Assembly: GCA_026982895.1 (NCBI GenBank)
Contig: JALWQW010000019.1
Span: forward strand, 16,500-80,499
DNA from: Candidatus Micrarchaeota archaeon
Lineage (GTDB): Archaea; Micrarchaeota; Micrarchaeia; Anstonellales; J096
Length of the DNA: 64,000 nt
Direction of reading: 5' to 3'
The translations under genes and the position numbers were made by a program. Of this stretch, positions 25,385-35,006 are shown one piece after another; position 1 is the stretch's first letter, and the number at the start of each line of letters is the position of its first letter. Below the pieces are notes generated by a model. That model was not told the DNA's origin and did not search any database. It was given only the letters and a program-made list of their open reading frames with translations.

Positions 25385-27982
25385 TCATCCACCTCTTATT
25401 TTTTCCATGAGTTGTTTGTGCAATCGCCTTATGAAGGCTCTTCTATCTTCTAACATAACAACATCTCTAGCGCCGCTTGCTAAAAGGTTGAAGGCAAAGG
25501 GTGACGGCACGTCTAAATTGCGTTTAACTTCTAAAATTCTTGTATTGAGCCTTTTCATGTAATCGAGCGCTTCGTCTATGTGCATGGCCTCATATAGCAC
25601 TTCATTGTATGTCTCCTTTATAAGCGGAAAGTCGCGTTGGTACATTAAGAGGAATTTAAGGAGCGAATCTGCTGAAATCTGTTGTCTGTTGGCGCTCATT
25701 CTTTTATCCTTGTATTGGCGGAGGATGAGGAAGCCTCTTGCAGCTACATGCCTAAATCTTCGCCTTAATATTTCTGAGCCTTCTATGCTTGCTTTTAGGC
25801 CTTCTACTAGTTCATCATCACTTGTTTCAAAGACTTTTGATATGACCTCATCGGGTATTCGCCGCCATCTCGGCACGCTCAAGACAAAGCCGTAATCACT
25901 TATCGTTACTTGCAGATTCATGCCTTTCTCTCTTCCTATGAAGTAGGCGAAAACTCTGCCAAGAACTTCATTTGCTTTCCTTCCTATTAGGGTGTGGAAA
26001 ATGTAATGTTTCAATCCTTCATCCACATCAAGATACTCTTCGACTACTAACTTATCCTTATTCGGGACGGTTGAGTAGCTGAGCTGTTCCTCTATATAAT
26101 TTAAGACAGCTCTCGCACCTTTTTCATCTAGATGATATGAATTCATCAACTCTTCGAGTATCTCGCTTTTTTCCTTTCTGCCTAGTTTAACTTCTGTTAA
26201 ATCAGCAGCTATTTTGGCTTTAAATTCTTCCATGTCCAGGGCTAGATTATAGCTTAAAGGAAGCATCTCTGAATACCATGAAGGTATTGTTGGTCGTTTG
26301 TCCATAGCAGGCTCCACGACAACCCTGTTTCCTCTTGAATAGAGATAAACATAGGTTTTTCCACCCAGTGCGAAGATGTCGCCCTTCATTAACCTCTCTG
26401 CAAAACCCTCTTCAATCTCTCCTATAAATTCATTGCCGCGTGTAAATACTTTTATGTAGGCTTCTTCGGGTATAGTTCCTATATTCGTGTAGTATATCAT
26501 ACGAATGAGCTTTCCCTTCTTGCCGAATTTTCCGTCTTCATACCATATTTTACCATATACATTCCTTACTTCCAATTCTTCATAGCCTCCGCTCAAATAC
26601 TTCAACACATTCAGATAATCTGTGTATGTAAGGTCTTTGTAAGGATAAGCCTGTCTTATTAGCTTGTAAGCTTCCTTTTCATCCCACACCTGCTCTAATG
26701 ACATGCCTATTATGTGTTGGCTCAGTACATCCAAAGGGGCTTTTGGTATTCTTACTTCTTCAAATTTTCTCTCTAATGAATTTCGGGCTATAACGCTACA
26801 CTCTACTAAATCGTCTCTGTCGAGGGCTATCATATTGCCGACGCTTGTTTCATGTAATCTATGCCCACTCCTACCTATTCTCTGCACGGCTCTCGTTGCG
26901 CTCTTAGGCGAACCTAAGAGAACTACGAGGTCTATGCTTCCTATATCTATACCTAATTCAAGACTTGTCGATGAAACGACTGCTTTAAAATTGCCGAGTT
27001 TTAGATTCTCCTCTGTTTCCAATCTTACTCTTCTGCTCAAGCTTGAATGGTGTGCTGCTAAATTTTCAACATACTTATCGCCGAACATCGCCTTCAAGTT
27101 TGCAACCACTCTTTCTGTTCCGCTTCGCGTGTTTGTGAATATAAGCGTCGTGGAATGCTCTTCTATAAGCTCATCTAACATCCTGTAAAGCCTGCCTTCT
27201 AAAACCTCACTTGGAGTGTATATCAAGTCATCTACAGGTGTTAAGACCTCTATCTCAGTCTCTTTTGCGTAGCTCACATCAACTATGTTGCAGGACCGCT
27301 TTGTCCCGACGAGAAATTTAGCCACTTCCTCCAATGGCGAGACTGTCGCTGATAGGCCTATCCTTACGAACTCCTTATTTCTATTGGCCAAACGTTCTAG
27401 ACTTAAGCTTAAATGGCTCCCCCTTTTGTTCTCAACCAAACTATGTATCTCATCGACTATAAGCCACTTCACCTCTGAAAAGTTTTGCGAGAATCTTGGG
27501 CTGTTTAGCAGAATTGCTAGGCTTTCTGGTGTTGTTATAAGTATGTGCGGCGGCTTTCTTAACATCTCTGCTTTCTCTTTTTGCGTTGTGTCGCTAGTCC
27601 TAACAGCCACACGGATAGGCAACTTCTCCTTCATCGTCTTCCCAATGCCTTTGATGGGGTCGAGGAGGTTTCTCTTTATATCGTTATTGAGGGCTCTAAG
27701 TGGTGATATGTATATAGCATATATTTTATCATCCAATTCATTGAGCTTGTGCTTTTTAACGAGCTCATTTATGACTGCCAAAAATGCAGAGAGTGTTTTA
27801 CCACTGCCCGTCGGCGAGCTTATAAGGACATTGCGCTTTTCATGTATCTCCTTTACCGCATATTTCTGCGGCGGCGTAAATGTCTTGTACTTTCGCTTGA
27901 ACCATAAAGCCACATGCTCGTCCAGAAGCTCGAATATTTTGTCGTCTGAATACGCCCTTTTAAGGTATTTTATTGAAGCCAC
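25385..27982 (-). CDS. lhr: Lhr-core SF2 helicase
   Basis: SPTGSGKT, ISPLRALNND, TTPES, DEIH, SAT, HHSSL, LELGID, QRIGRSGH, DVLSQHI. Confidence 0.95.
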   Translation of the reverse strand: MASIKYLKRAYSDDKIFELLDEHVALWFKRKYKTFTPPQKYAVKEIHEKRNVLISSPTGSGKTLSAFLAVINELVKKHKLNELDDKIYAIYISPLRALNNDIKRNLLDPIKGIGKTMKEKLPIRVAVRTSDTTQKEKAEMLRKPPHILITTPESLAILLNSPRFSQNFSEVKWLIVDEIHSLVENKRGSHLSLSLERLANRNKEFVRIGLSATVSPLEEVAKFLVGTKRSCNIVDVSYAKETEIEVLTPVDDLIYTPSEVLEGRLYRMLDELIEEHSTTLIFTNTRSGTERVVANLKAMFGDKYVENLAAHHSSLSRRVRLETEENLKLGNFKAVVSSTSLELGIDIGSIDLVVLLGSPKSATRAVQRIGRSGHRLHETSVGNMIALDRDDLVECSVIARNSLERKFEEVRIPKAPLDVLSQHIIGMSLEQVWDEKEAYKLIRQAYPYKDLTYTDYLNVLKYLSGGYEELEVRNVYGKIWYEDGKFGKKGKLIRMIYYTNIGTIPEEAYIKVFTRGNEFIGEIEEGFAERLMKGDIFALGGKTYVYLYSRGNRVVVEPAMDKRPTIPSWYSEMLPLSYNLALDMEEFKAKIAADLTEVKLGRKEKSEILEELMNSYHLDEKGARAVLNYIEEQLSYSTVPNKDKLVVEEYLDVDEGLKHYIFHTLIGRKANEVLGRVFAYFIGREKGMNLQVTISDYGFVLSVPRWRRIPDEVISKVFETSDDELVEGLKASIEGSEILRRRFRHVAARGFLILRQYKDKRMSANRQQISADSLLKFLLMYQRDFPLIKETYNEVLYEAMHIDEALDYMKRLNTRILEVKRNLDVPSPFAFNLLASGARDVVMLEDRRAFIRRLHKQLMEKIRGG

Positions 27983-28035
27983 CCTTACCTATTGTTGGCA
28001 AAGGATTAAAGGGTTTGTGGGTTACATTATAATAA

Positions 28036-29100
28036 ATGGTTGGCCACTCTCTAAAACAGCCTCAAAGGAATCAACATCTTCTTCATTTACGCCATCATGA
28101 TTCCACTTCAAATTATATCGACACTTTAATGAGAGCATCCAGAAAACGCTTATTTAAAGACCCTCTCCTTGCCCGTAGGCTCTTTGGAAACTTTTCTCCA
28201 ACGCTTCTTAAAATGGCAATTAACATTTCTCGTCAATACGCTCGCAGCCCAATTATGGAAAGGAAAGATGCTGGAGAGTTCATGAGGCTCCTTTACAATG
28301 ATGATTGGAGTAGGAGCGATATTAAACTGTTCGTCGATACTATTCATAAATACTCTTATTACTTTGCCCTTTACCCCCTCTTGAATAGACTTGTTACTAT
28401 CAAGCTCACCCACTTGGATATGCAAGAGGATATAATTAATGCCTTCCAAGAGCTCAATACATTTTTTGAGAAGTACCTGCACTTTTATTATAAATTTCTT
28501 CCTGATGATATGAGGGGGTGGTTTCACAGGCATCTTTACCAAGCTCTTCTTCAACCTCCTTATTGTATAGTCTATACGCCTGAGATTGGCTGCTACGGTG
28601 AGACCTATCTAAGCCGGAACAGGCGAGCAGATGAGCCCCTCATCCATATTGCAAATTTCCATGGAATAGTCTTGCTTCCTCGTGTTCTTGAGGTTCTTGA
28701 ATACCTGGGCTTCGACGATGGCTCTAAGGGATATTTAACGACCCTTCAACAGCTCAAGCCTTTTTTGTACGAGTTTCTCACAGGTTCTTCCTCTAACATT
28801 GAGGCCTTCTTCCCTGTCTTTAAGGCCTACCACTCTGATGCTGTTTACCCTTTCCTTTATCACCTTACATATCATCCTGACGAAGGGTTAAAGGAGAAGG
28901 TAAGGGCCTTATGGGATGAGCTTGTTGGCATGGAGCCCAGCTATTGGCTCTCATCTACTTCTGATGAGCTTGTCTCTTATGTTCGCGTACTCTCCACTTT
29001 CTTGCCCTTCAAATGGAGGATTCAAAGAAATCCTATTTTTCACCATGTTTCTTATTTCTTCTCACGCTTAACTAATGGCTCTAAGAGAAACGCCAAATAG
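28036..29100 (+). CDS. Hypothetical alpha-helical protein (paralog of the next ORF)
   Basis: Shares a 41-aa C-terminal motif with 29139..30062. Confidence 0.55.
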   Translation: MVGHSLKQPQRNQHLLHLRHHDSTSNYIDTLMRASRKRLFKDPLLARRLFGNFSPTLLKMAINISRQYARSPIMERKDAGEFMRLLYNDDWSRSDIKLFVDTIHKYSYYFALYPLLNRLVTIKLTHLDMQEDIINAFQELNTFFEKYLHFYYKFLPDDMRGWFHRHLYQALLQPPYCIVYTPEIGCYGETYLSRNRRADEPLIHIANFHGIVLLPRVLEVLEYLGFDDGSKGYLTTLQQLKPFLYEFLTGSSSNIEAFFPVFKAYHSDAVYPFLYHLTYHPDEGLKEKVRALWDELVGMEPSYWLSSTSDELVSYVRVLSTFLPFKWRIQRNPIFHHVSYFFSRLTNGSKRNAK

Positions 29101-29138
29101 CTGCTACATTTTTAAACACTTTCTACCCTAATTTAAAG

Positions 29139-30062
29139 ATGGTTTCCAAATCACTGGAGAGATTAAAGGCTATCAAGCCCAGCTCTACAAAAGAAAATAT
29201 GTCATCCAAACATGCTCTTCATATCTACATCGAAAAGGGTCCTTTGGAACCGTTGATAGCTGATAAGGTTTTTTCTTCCATTAAGCCCAGAAGAAGAAAA
29301 GTTCTTTTGGCTAAAATGAGGAAAAGAGAACTCCCAAAAGATTATGCTGAAAAATTTATTGATTATACGCTTTCTACTGTGGATCAGCTCATCAATGGCC
29401 TCCCAATGGAGCGCATATTCGCTATGGGAGAGATTAAGAAAATTGAAATGGAAGTTGAATTGACTGCTTTATACGAGGTTATGCCTTTTCTCTTGGCGGG
29501 CAGCGCTTCTTATATGTCTCCTAATAACACAGCAGCACGATTAACATTGGATTTTCTTGAATGGTACTCTCTTGTGAACAGCGATGAAAGTCGTCTTTTT
29601 AACGATTCTCTTATTTTCACATTAACATCCAACGATTTTTTCAAAGGTGGTGTTAAAACATTGTCCCTTTTAGATAAGGAGAAACCAGAAGAACCTCTTC
29701 TTCAAGCGGCATTGGAAATCTCTCGTCCTTCTCTTGAGGTTTATAGCAAGCTTCTAACAGAATTCCCATCTGATTTAGCTCTTCCTCAATTAGCTTTGCT
29801 ATATTATTATCCTATTGAGGATATTCGTAAGATGTTTAGGAAAACCTGGCGTTCTCTTGTTAAACACAGGCCTGTTATGTGGTATAAGATGAGCAACACA
29901 TTCCAGAGATATTCTGTGGCGAGAGATATTCTAACTATTTTATTTCAAGAGCACTATCGTTGGATTACATCTCTCTTTCCATTCTTATTCGACACTTCTC
30001 TTATCGAGGAACCTTCTATAAAGGACACTCTTAATGAAATAATATCACGAAAACATTCTTAA
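29139..30062 (+). CDS. Hypothetical alpha-helical protein
   Basis: SD..LP.L..L.Y.P.E..R...R..W..LV...P..W motif shared with the previous ORF. Confidence 0.55.
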   Translation: MVSKSLERLKAIKPSSTKENMSSKHALHIYIEKGPLEPLIADKVFSSIKPRRRKVLLAKMRKRELPKDYAEKFIDYTLSTVDQLINGLPMERIFAMGEIKKIEMEVELTALYEVMPFLLAGSASYMSPNNTAARLTLDFLEWYSLVNSDESRLFNDSLIFTLTSNDFFKGGVKTLSLLDKEKPEEPLLQAALEISRPSLEVYSKLLTEFPSDLALPQLALLYYYPIEDIRKMFRKTWRSLVKHRPVMWYKMSNTFQRYSVARDILTILFQEHYRWITSLFPFLFDTSLIEEPSIKDTLNEIISRKHS

Positions 30063-30085
30063 ACTTTCTCCAACATAACTGAAGC

Positions 30086-30760
30086 ATGGCACAGAAAATT
30101 GGTAGAGCAACATTTCCACATATGGGCAAACACCAGCTAGTGGCTAAAAAATTGCAGAAGCTAAAATTACCCTCTGATGACTATGATCTTGATCTTACAT
30201 ACAAAGATCCACGTCTTTTGCTCTTTAAGGATGGCAAGATGCACCTCCTTAGAAAATACCTGACTACGGTTCCTCTAGAAGAGATGGCTGTAGGCGAGAT
30301 TTATTTCCTTTACAGCGTATTCAAAAATCAAACGATTCGGGAGGCGTTGGCATCGAAATTTGGGAAAAGGCATATCGGCGCTATATATTCTGCTTTAGAG
30401 AGCATTGCTACATTGAGAGATCCTTATGGCACACATATTCACAATGTGAGTGAAAAAGAGCTGGTCTCCCTATCATATAATTATTTGATAAATGGTGACG
30501 ACGGAGCTAAATATACTGCCATGACATTCATAGATATATTCCATATAGTAGCACCATCTGTTGCTGAAGCTCTTATGGATACATTCTTCATCAATGCAGA
30601 CTTGTCTGTTGGTAAGAGGGCTAGGTCTCTTCTTAGAAAAATGTATAACATAACCTTCAGATGGGATAAGGTGAGGAGTAGGCCTATATTGCACCGCGCG
30701 CCTGACGAATACAAATCTCTTTGCGAGAAGCTCATAAGGAGATACTTTTTAAATCCTTAG
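30086..30760 (+). CDS. Hypothetical alpha-helical protein
   Basis: 224-aa ORF with a HEAT-like FFINADLSVGKRARSLL segment. Confidence 0.5.
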   Translation: MAQKIGRATFPHMGKHQLVAKKLQKLKLPSDDYDLDLTYKDPRLLLFKDGKMHLLRKYLTTVPLEEMAVGEIYFLYSVFKNQTIREALASKFGKRHIGAIYSALESIATLRDPYGTHIHNVSEKELVSLSYNYLINGDDGAKYTAMTFIDIFHIVAPSVAEALMDTFFINADLSVGKRARSLLRKMYNITFRWDKVRSRPILHRAPDEYKSLCEKLIRRYFLNP

Positions 30761-30780
30761 GCCACTAACAGAGAAGCCAA

Positions 30781-30855
<75 letters not shown>

Positions 30856-30932
30856 TTCTTAAGATAACGACAAATGCCTTGAAGGAGTGGGCTTTATATA
30901 TGTTTTTGTCTAATTGATAAACGGTGTTTATT

Positions 30933-32282
30933 ATGGCAGATGAGGAGAAGGAAAGAGCAAATGTTAACGAACCTGCTACACAATCTGAGCAGCCACCAAA
31001 ATCAGAGGAGCAACCCTCAGGTTCAAATAATCCTTCACAGCAGTCTGAGCCTCAAAGCTCGGATACGCAACCAACAGCCCAGCAAACACAATCTATACAG
31101 CCAACAGCGCAATCAGCTCCACCTGCGCAACAGGTGCAACACCCCTCTCTACCAGCTCAAACGACGACTTCTACACCACAACCCTCTTCATCCCAACCTA
31201 AACAAGAATCCCAACCATCTCAGGATGAGACAGACATTATAAGCGACGATGAAGAGCTTATGAAATTCATAGAAGAGAGCGAGCCAAAAATATTCGTCGT
31301 AGGAGCTGGCGGTAGCGGCTGCAACACCTTAAACAGGTTATTCGAACTTAAAGTTGAGGGTGTAACGACAGTTGCTGCTAATACAGATGCTCGACATTTG
31401 CTTCACATAAAGGCCAATAGAAAGTTATTGCTTGGCAGGAAACTTACTCATGGAAGAGGTTGCGGTTCTAATCCCTCTTGTGGTGAGAAAGCAGCTGAGG
31501 AAGCTCTCGAAGATATAAAGAAAGTTCTAGAGCCTTCCAATTTAACATTTGTAACATGCGGTTTAGGTGGAGGCACTGGAACAGGTTCAGCGCCTGTGAT
31601 AGCAAAAATATCTAAAAGAGATTTGGGTGCACTGACCGTTGCCGTCGTTACATTGCCGTTCACATCAGAAGGCAGGGTAAGGTATGAGAATGCTATGGAA
31701 GGCTTGGATAAGCTAAGGAGGAATGTTGATACATTAATTGTCATAAAGAATGATAAACTCCTGTCTATAGCGCCTGATTTACCCCTTAATACGGCCTTCA
31801 AGATAAGTGATGAGGTTTTGGCTGGAAGTGTTAAGAGTATAACGGAGCTTGCTACAAAGAGCGGCCTCGTTAATGTGGATTTCGCTGATTTGACGACTGT
31901 GCTTAAAGATGCTGGCTATGCTGTTATTGGTATAGGCGAAGCGACAGTTGATGTGCCCAGGGAAGATAGGGCTAGAATAGCTATAGAAACTGCCTTGCAG
32001 AGCCCTCTCTTGAATGCCAACATATCGAATGCCAAGAGGGCTTTGATTAATATCGTCGGCGGAGAAGATTTATCTATAAAAGAGGTGGAATACATCGTTG
32101 CAGAGACTGCTAAAAAGATTTCTCCCGATGCACACATCATATTTGGCGCTCGCATCGAACCCTCTTTAAAGAAGAGTGCTATAAAGGTTCTCGTCGTGCT
32201 CGCTGGCGTTAAGTTTGAAGACTTCGAGGAGGATGGCGGCGAAGTTGATCTTTCCGATTTGGAAATCGATGTTGTAGGATAA
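30933..32282 (+). CDS. ftsZ: Cell division protein FtsZ (FtsZ1-type context) with a long Q/P/S/T-rich N-terminal extension
   Basis: GAGGSGCN, ANTDA, GLGGGTGTG, NVDFAD; followed by secE-spt5. Confidence 0.97.
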   Translation: MADEEKERANVNEPATQSEQPPKSEEQPSGSNNPSQQSEPQSSDTQPTAQQTQSIQPTAQSAPPAQQVQHPSLPAQTTTSTPQPSSSQPKQESQPSQDETDIISDDEELMKFIEESEPKIFVVGAGGSGCNTLNRLFELKVEGVTTVAANTDARHLLHIKANRKLLLGRKLTHGRGCGSNPSCGEKAAEEALEDIKKVLEPSNLTFVTCGLGGGTGTGSAPVIAKISKRDLGALTVAVVTLPFTSEGRVRYENAMEGLDKLRRNVDTLIVIKNDKLLSIAPDLPLNTAFKISDEVLAGSVKSITELATKSGLVNVDFADLTTVLKDAGYAVIGIGEATVDVPREDRARIAIETALQSPLLNANISNAKRALINIVGGEDLSIKEVEYIVAETAKKISPDAHIIFGARIEPSLKKSAIKVLVVLAGVKFEDFEEDGGEVDLSDLEIDVVG

Positions 32283-32296
32283 TTTGTGGTGAGAAT

Positions 32297-32488
32297 ATGT
32301 TGAAGAAGCTAAATAATTTAAACATTGAGAAGTATATCCCATTCTATAAAGATGTGAAATTTACGCTGGGCCGTTTGAAATGGCCTACACAGGAAGAGGC
32401 TAGTAGGAAGGCTTGGATAGTAGCTGTTATTATGATTGCTGTAGGGCTTACAGGATTTTTTACACATATTATTATGAATCTTCTATGA
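32297..32488 (+). CDS. secE: Protein translocase subunit SecE/Sec61-gamma
   Basis: RLKWPTQEE plus a single TM ending VGLTGF; synteny. Confidence 0.9.
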   Translation: MLKKLNNLNIEKYIPFYKDVKFTLGRLKWPTQEEASRKAWIVAVIMIAVGLTGFFTHIIMNLL

Positions 32489-32497
32489 GGTGGAAAA

Positions 32498-32950
32498 ATG
32501 TTTTACATAGTTCGCGTGGCTGCTAAGCAGGAGAAGGTTGTTGGTTTAATGTTAGAGGAGAAGGCTAAGGTGAAGAGCATACCTGTTTATTCAATTCTCT
32601 TCAATGACAGGGTTAAAGGGTATATATTTGTAGAAGCAGACGATGATAATGCTGTCGCTATGCTTATAAATGGCGTCAAGCATGTAAAGGGTCTTCTGAA
32701 GAAGCCGATAAGCTTTGAGGAAATTCAAAAGATGGTTGTGATTGAGAAACCCAAGAAGGTTGAGATTAATATAGGGGATATAGTTGAAATAGTATCAGGG
32801 CCGTTCAAAAATGAGGAGGCAAAGGTTATTGCCGTCGATGCTGCTAAAGATGAATACACAGTTGTTCCCATGGAAGCAGTCATAGCTATCCCTGTAAAGC
32901 TCTCTGGCAAAAATATACGATTCAAAAAATCTGGCGACGAAAGCCAGTAA
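32498..32950 (+). CDS. spt5: Transcription elongation factor Spt5/NusG
   Basis: KGYIFVEA; KOW GDIVEIVSGPFKNEEAKV. Confidence 0.95.
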   Translation: MFYIVRVAAKQEKVVGLMLEEKAKVKSIPVYSILFNDRVKGYIFVEADDDNAVAMLINGVKHVKGLLKKPISFEEIQKMVVIEKPKKVEINIGDIVEIVSGPFKNEEAKVIAVDAAKDEYTVVPMEAVIAIPVKLSGKNIRFKKSGDESQ

Positions 32951-32971
32951 TTTTTTTATTTATGTGATAAT

Positions 32972-33622
32972 GTGTCGTCGGCTAAAGCTGTTAAATACTT
33001 TCGCCGTGTTGTAAACGAAGGCAGGGAACTTTTAAGGGGCACATCTCTGTATTCTCTCTCCGACAATGTACTTGTCGAAGAGCGGCTTAAACCTCTCGCT
33101 TCTAAGCTGACAGCTTTTGACAGGCTTCTGACTCCTTTATCCTTACAACCCTTTCTTGCTTCCATAAGCCAGGATTATAAATTGCTCTATTTGGAAACGC
33201 GTTTGAAGGAGATATTCACGAGGTTTCTTTCAAAAAGCGCTGTGCTATTCGCTGCTAATTTCCTAGATATGAAATTCAATGGTTTTTTGTCCCAGAATGG
33301 CATGAATTTACTCAATAACGCGTCGTTGTTTATCCCCCAATATGCTGCGTTGTCTATATTTACAACTACTTATAATTATGCTCTTTCGACATTTGTCCCA
33401 TGGGAGGTTGCTTCATCTGATGATCCTCTTCATAAGCTTTATCATAATCATCTGCTTCCGAAAGCTCGGCATCCTTTATCTGATGCTATCTATGAAGAAA
33501 CTGCTCTATTACTCCTTCCCTTCTTTCATGAAGAGGTTAAACAAGGCCCTGCTCCCAAGTCCTCTCGTTTTCTCGTAGCCATCTATTTATTACAGCTCTT
33601 TCCTGATGCTTTGAAGAGATAA
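32972..33622 (+). CDS. Hypothetical protein
   Basis: 216-aa ORF rich in L/F/S, no recognised motif. Confidence 0.45.
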   Translation: MSSAKAVKYFRRVVNEGRELLRGTSLYSLSDNVLVEERLKPLASKLTAFDRLLTPLSLQPFLASISQDYKLLYLETRLKEIFTRFLSKSAVLFAANFLDMKFNGFLSQNGMNLLNNASLFIPQYAALSIFTTTYNYALSTFVPWEVASSDDPLHKLYHNHLLPKARHPLSDAIYEETALLLLPFFHEEVKQGPAPKSSRFLVAIYLLQLFPDALKR

Positions 33623-33719
33623 TTTATCCCTAGTGTAGGTACTATGATACTCTGGAATTTTTTCTTTCTACGAATTCTTTATAGGAAGGGCTTTAAGTAT
33701 TTCTCTGTAAAGAGAGCCT

Positions 33720-34922
33720 ATGAATCCCTTGGAAGAGCACATAAAATATGGTGGCAAAATAGAACTTCGTTCAAAGGTTAGTTTGACGAGCAAGGAGACA
33801 CTAAGCTGGGCTTATACGCCGGGCGTTGCAGATGTTAGCAAAGCCGTAGAGAAAGATCCCAATCTCTCCTTTAAGGCTACATGGCGTGGCAATACTATTG
33901 CAATAGTCAGCGACGGAAGCAGGGTTTTAGGCCTTGGTGATATAGGGCCTGTAGCTGCTATGCCTGTAATGGAGGGGAAGGCGGCACTATTCAAGGCTTT
34001 CGGGGGTGTAGATGCAGTTCCTCTTTGTGTTGATATACACGATGTTGATGGCTTAGAGGCGTTTGTTAAATCCATTCAGCCGTCTTTTGGCGGCATTAAT
34101 TTAGAAGATATAAATACTGCCAGAGTTGTAGAGCTCTTTGAAAGACTTGAGGGGAAGTTGGACATACCCATTTTTCATGATGATAGGCAAGGAACTGGGG
34201 TTGTAACCCTCGCAGGACTAATAAATGCTTTAAAGGTCGTTGGCAAAGACAAGAGTGTTAAAATTGTCCTAGTCGGCGCAGGGGCAGCGATGTTTGGTAT
34301 AGTCGAGCTTTTGTCAGCATATGGTTTTGCTAATATGTATATGTTAGACTCCAAGGGTGTCATATATGAAGGCAGGGAAGGTGTGGATGGCACATATAAA
34401 GAGAAACTTCTTCCTTTTATCAAAAATGAATCTATTTCCAGGGAAGATGCTTTCAAAGGTGCTGATGTTCTCATAGCTGCGAGCGCTCCTGGCAGCGTGA
34501 AAGAAGATGAGCTTAAATTAATGGCCGACGATGCCATTGTATTTACATTGGCTAATCCTATTCAGGAGGTGCCTGTTGAGATAAGCAAGCGCTATGCCAA
34601 GGTCGTCGCTACAGGGAGAAGCGATTTACCCAATCAAGTAAATAATGTTCTTGCTTTCCCTGGTATATTTAGAGGCGTTCTTGATGTCCGTGCTAAGCGT
34701 ATAACACCGGCGATGCTTATAGCGGCTGCTGAAGCGCTGGCAAATACAGAAAGTAATCCTGAACCGAATCATATACTACCAACACCTTTCAGCAGGGATG
34801 CTGCTAGAAGGGTTGCATTGGCTGTCGCTAAGAAGGCAATAGAAGAGGGCTTGGCTAGGGAGCGCTTAAACGATGATGAGGTTAAGGGATTGGTTTGTGA
34901 GCACATCGATTGCTCTTCATAA
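33720..34922 (+). CDS. NAD(P)-dependent malic enzyme
   Basis: AYTPGVA, SDGSRVLGLGDIG, MEGK, INLEDI, FHDD, GAGAA, LANP, ATGRSD.PNQVNN. Confidence 0.95.
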   Translation: MNPLEEHIKYGGKIELRSKVSLTSKETLSWAYTPGVADVSKAVEKDPNLSFKATWRGNTIAIVSDGSRVLGLGDIGPVAAMPVMEGKAALFKAFGGVDAVPLCVDIHDVDGLEAFVKSIQPSFGGINLEDINTARVVELFERLEGKLDIPIFHDDRQGTGVVTLAGLINALKVVGKDKSVKIVLVGAGAAMFGIVELLSAYGFANMYMLDSKGVIYEGREGVDGTYKEKLLPFIKNESISREDAFKGADVLIAASAPGSVKEDELKLMADDAIVFTLANPIQEVPVEISKRYAKVVATGRSDLPNQVNNVLAFPGIFRGVLDVRAKRITPAMLIAAAEALANTESNPEPNHILPTPFSRDAARRVALAVAKKAIEEGLARERLNDDEVKGLVCEHIDCSS

Positions 34923-35006
34923 TTCTCTTTAGCTCAAATATTTTTTGTGTGTTAAAGTCTATATTTAAGAGAATGTTTAAAAATACTTTCATACACATAG
35001 ATAACC

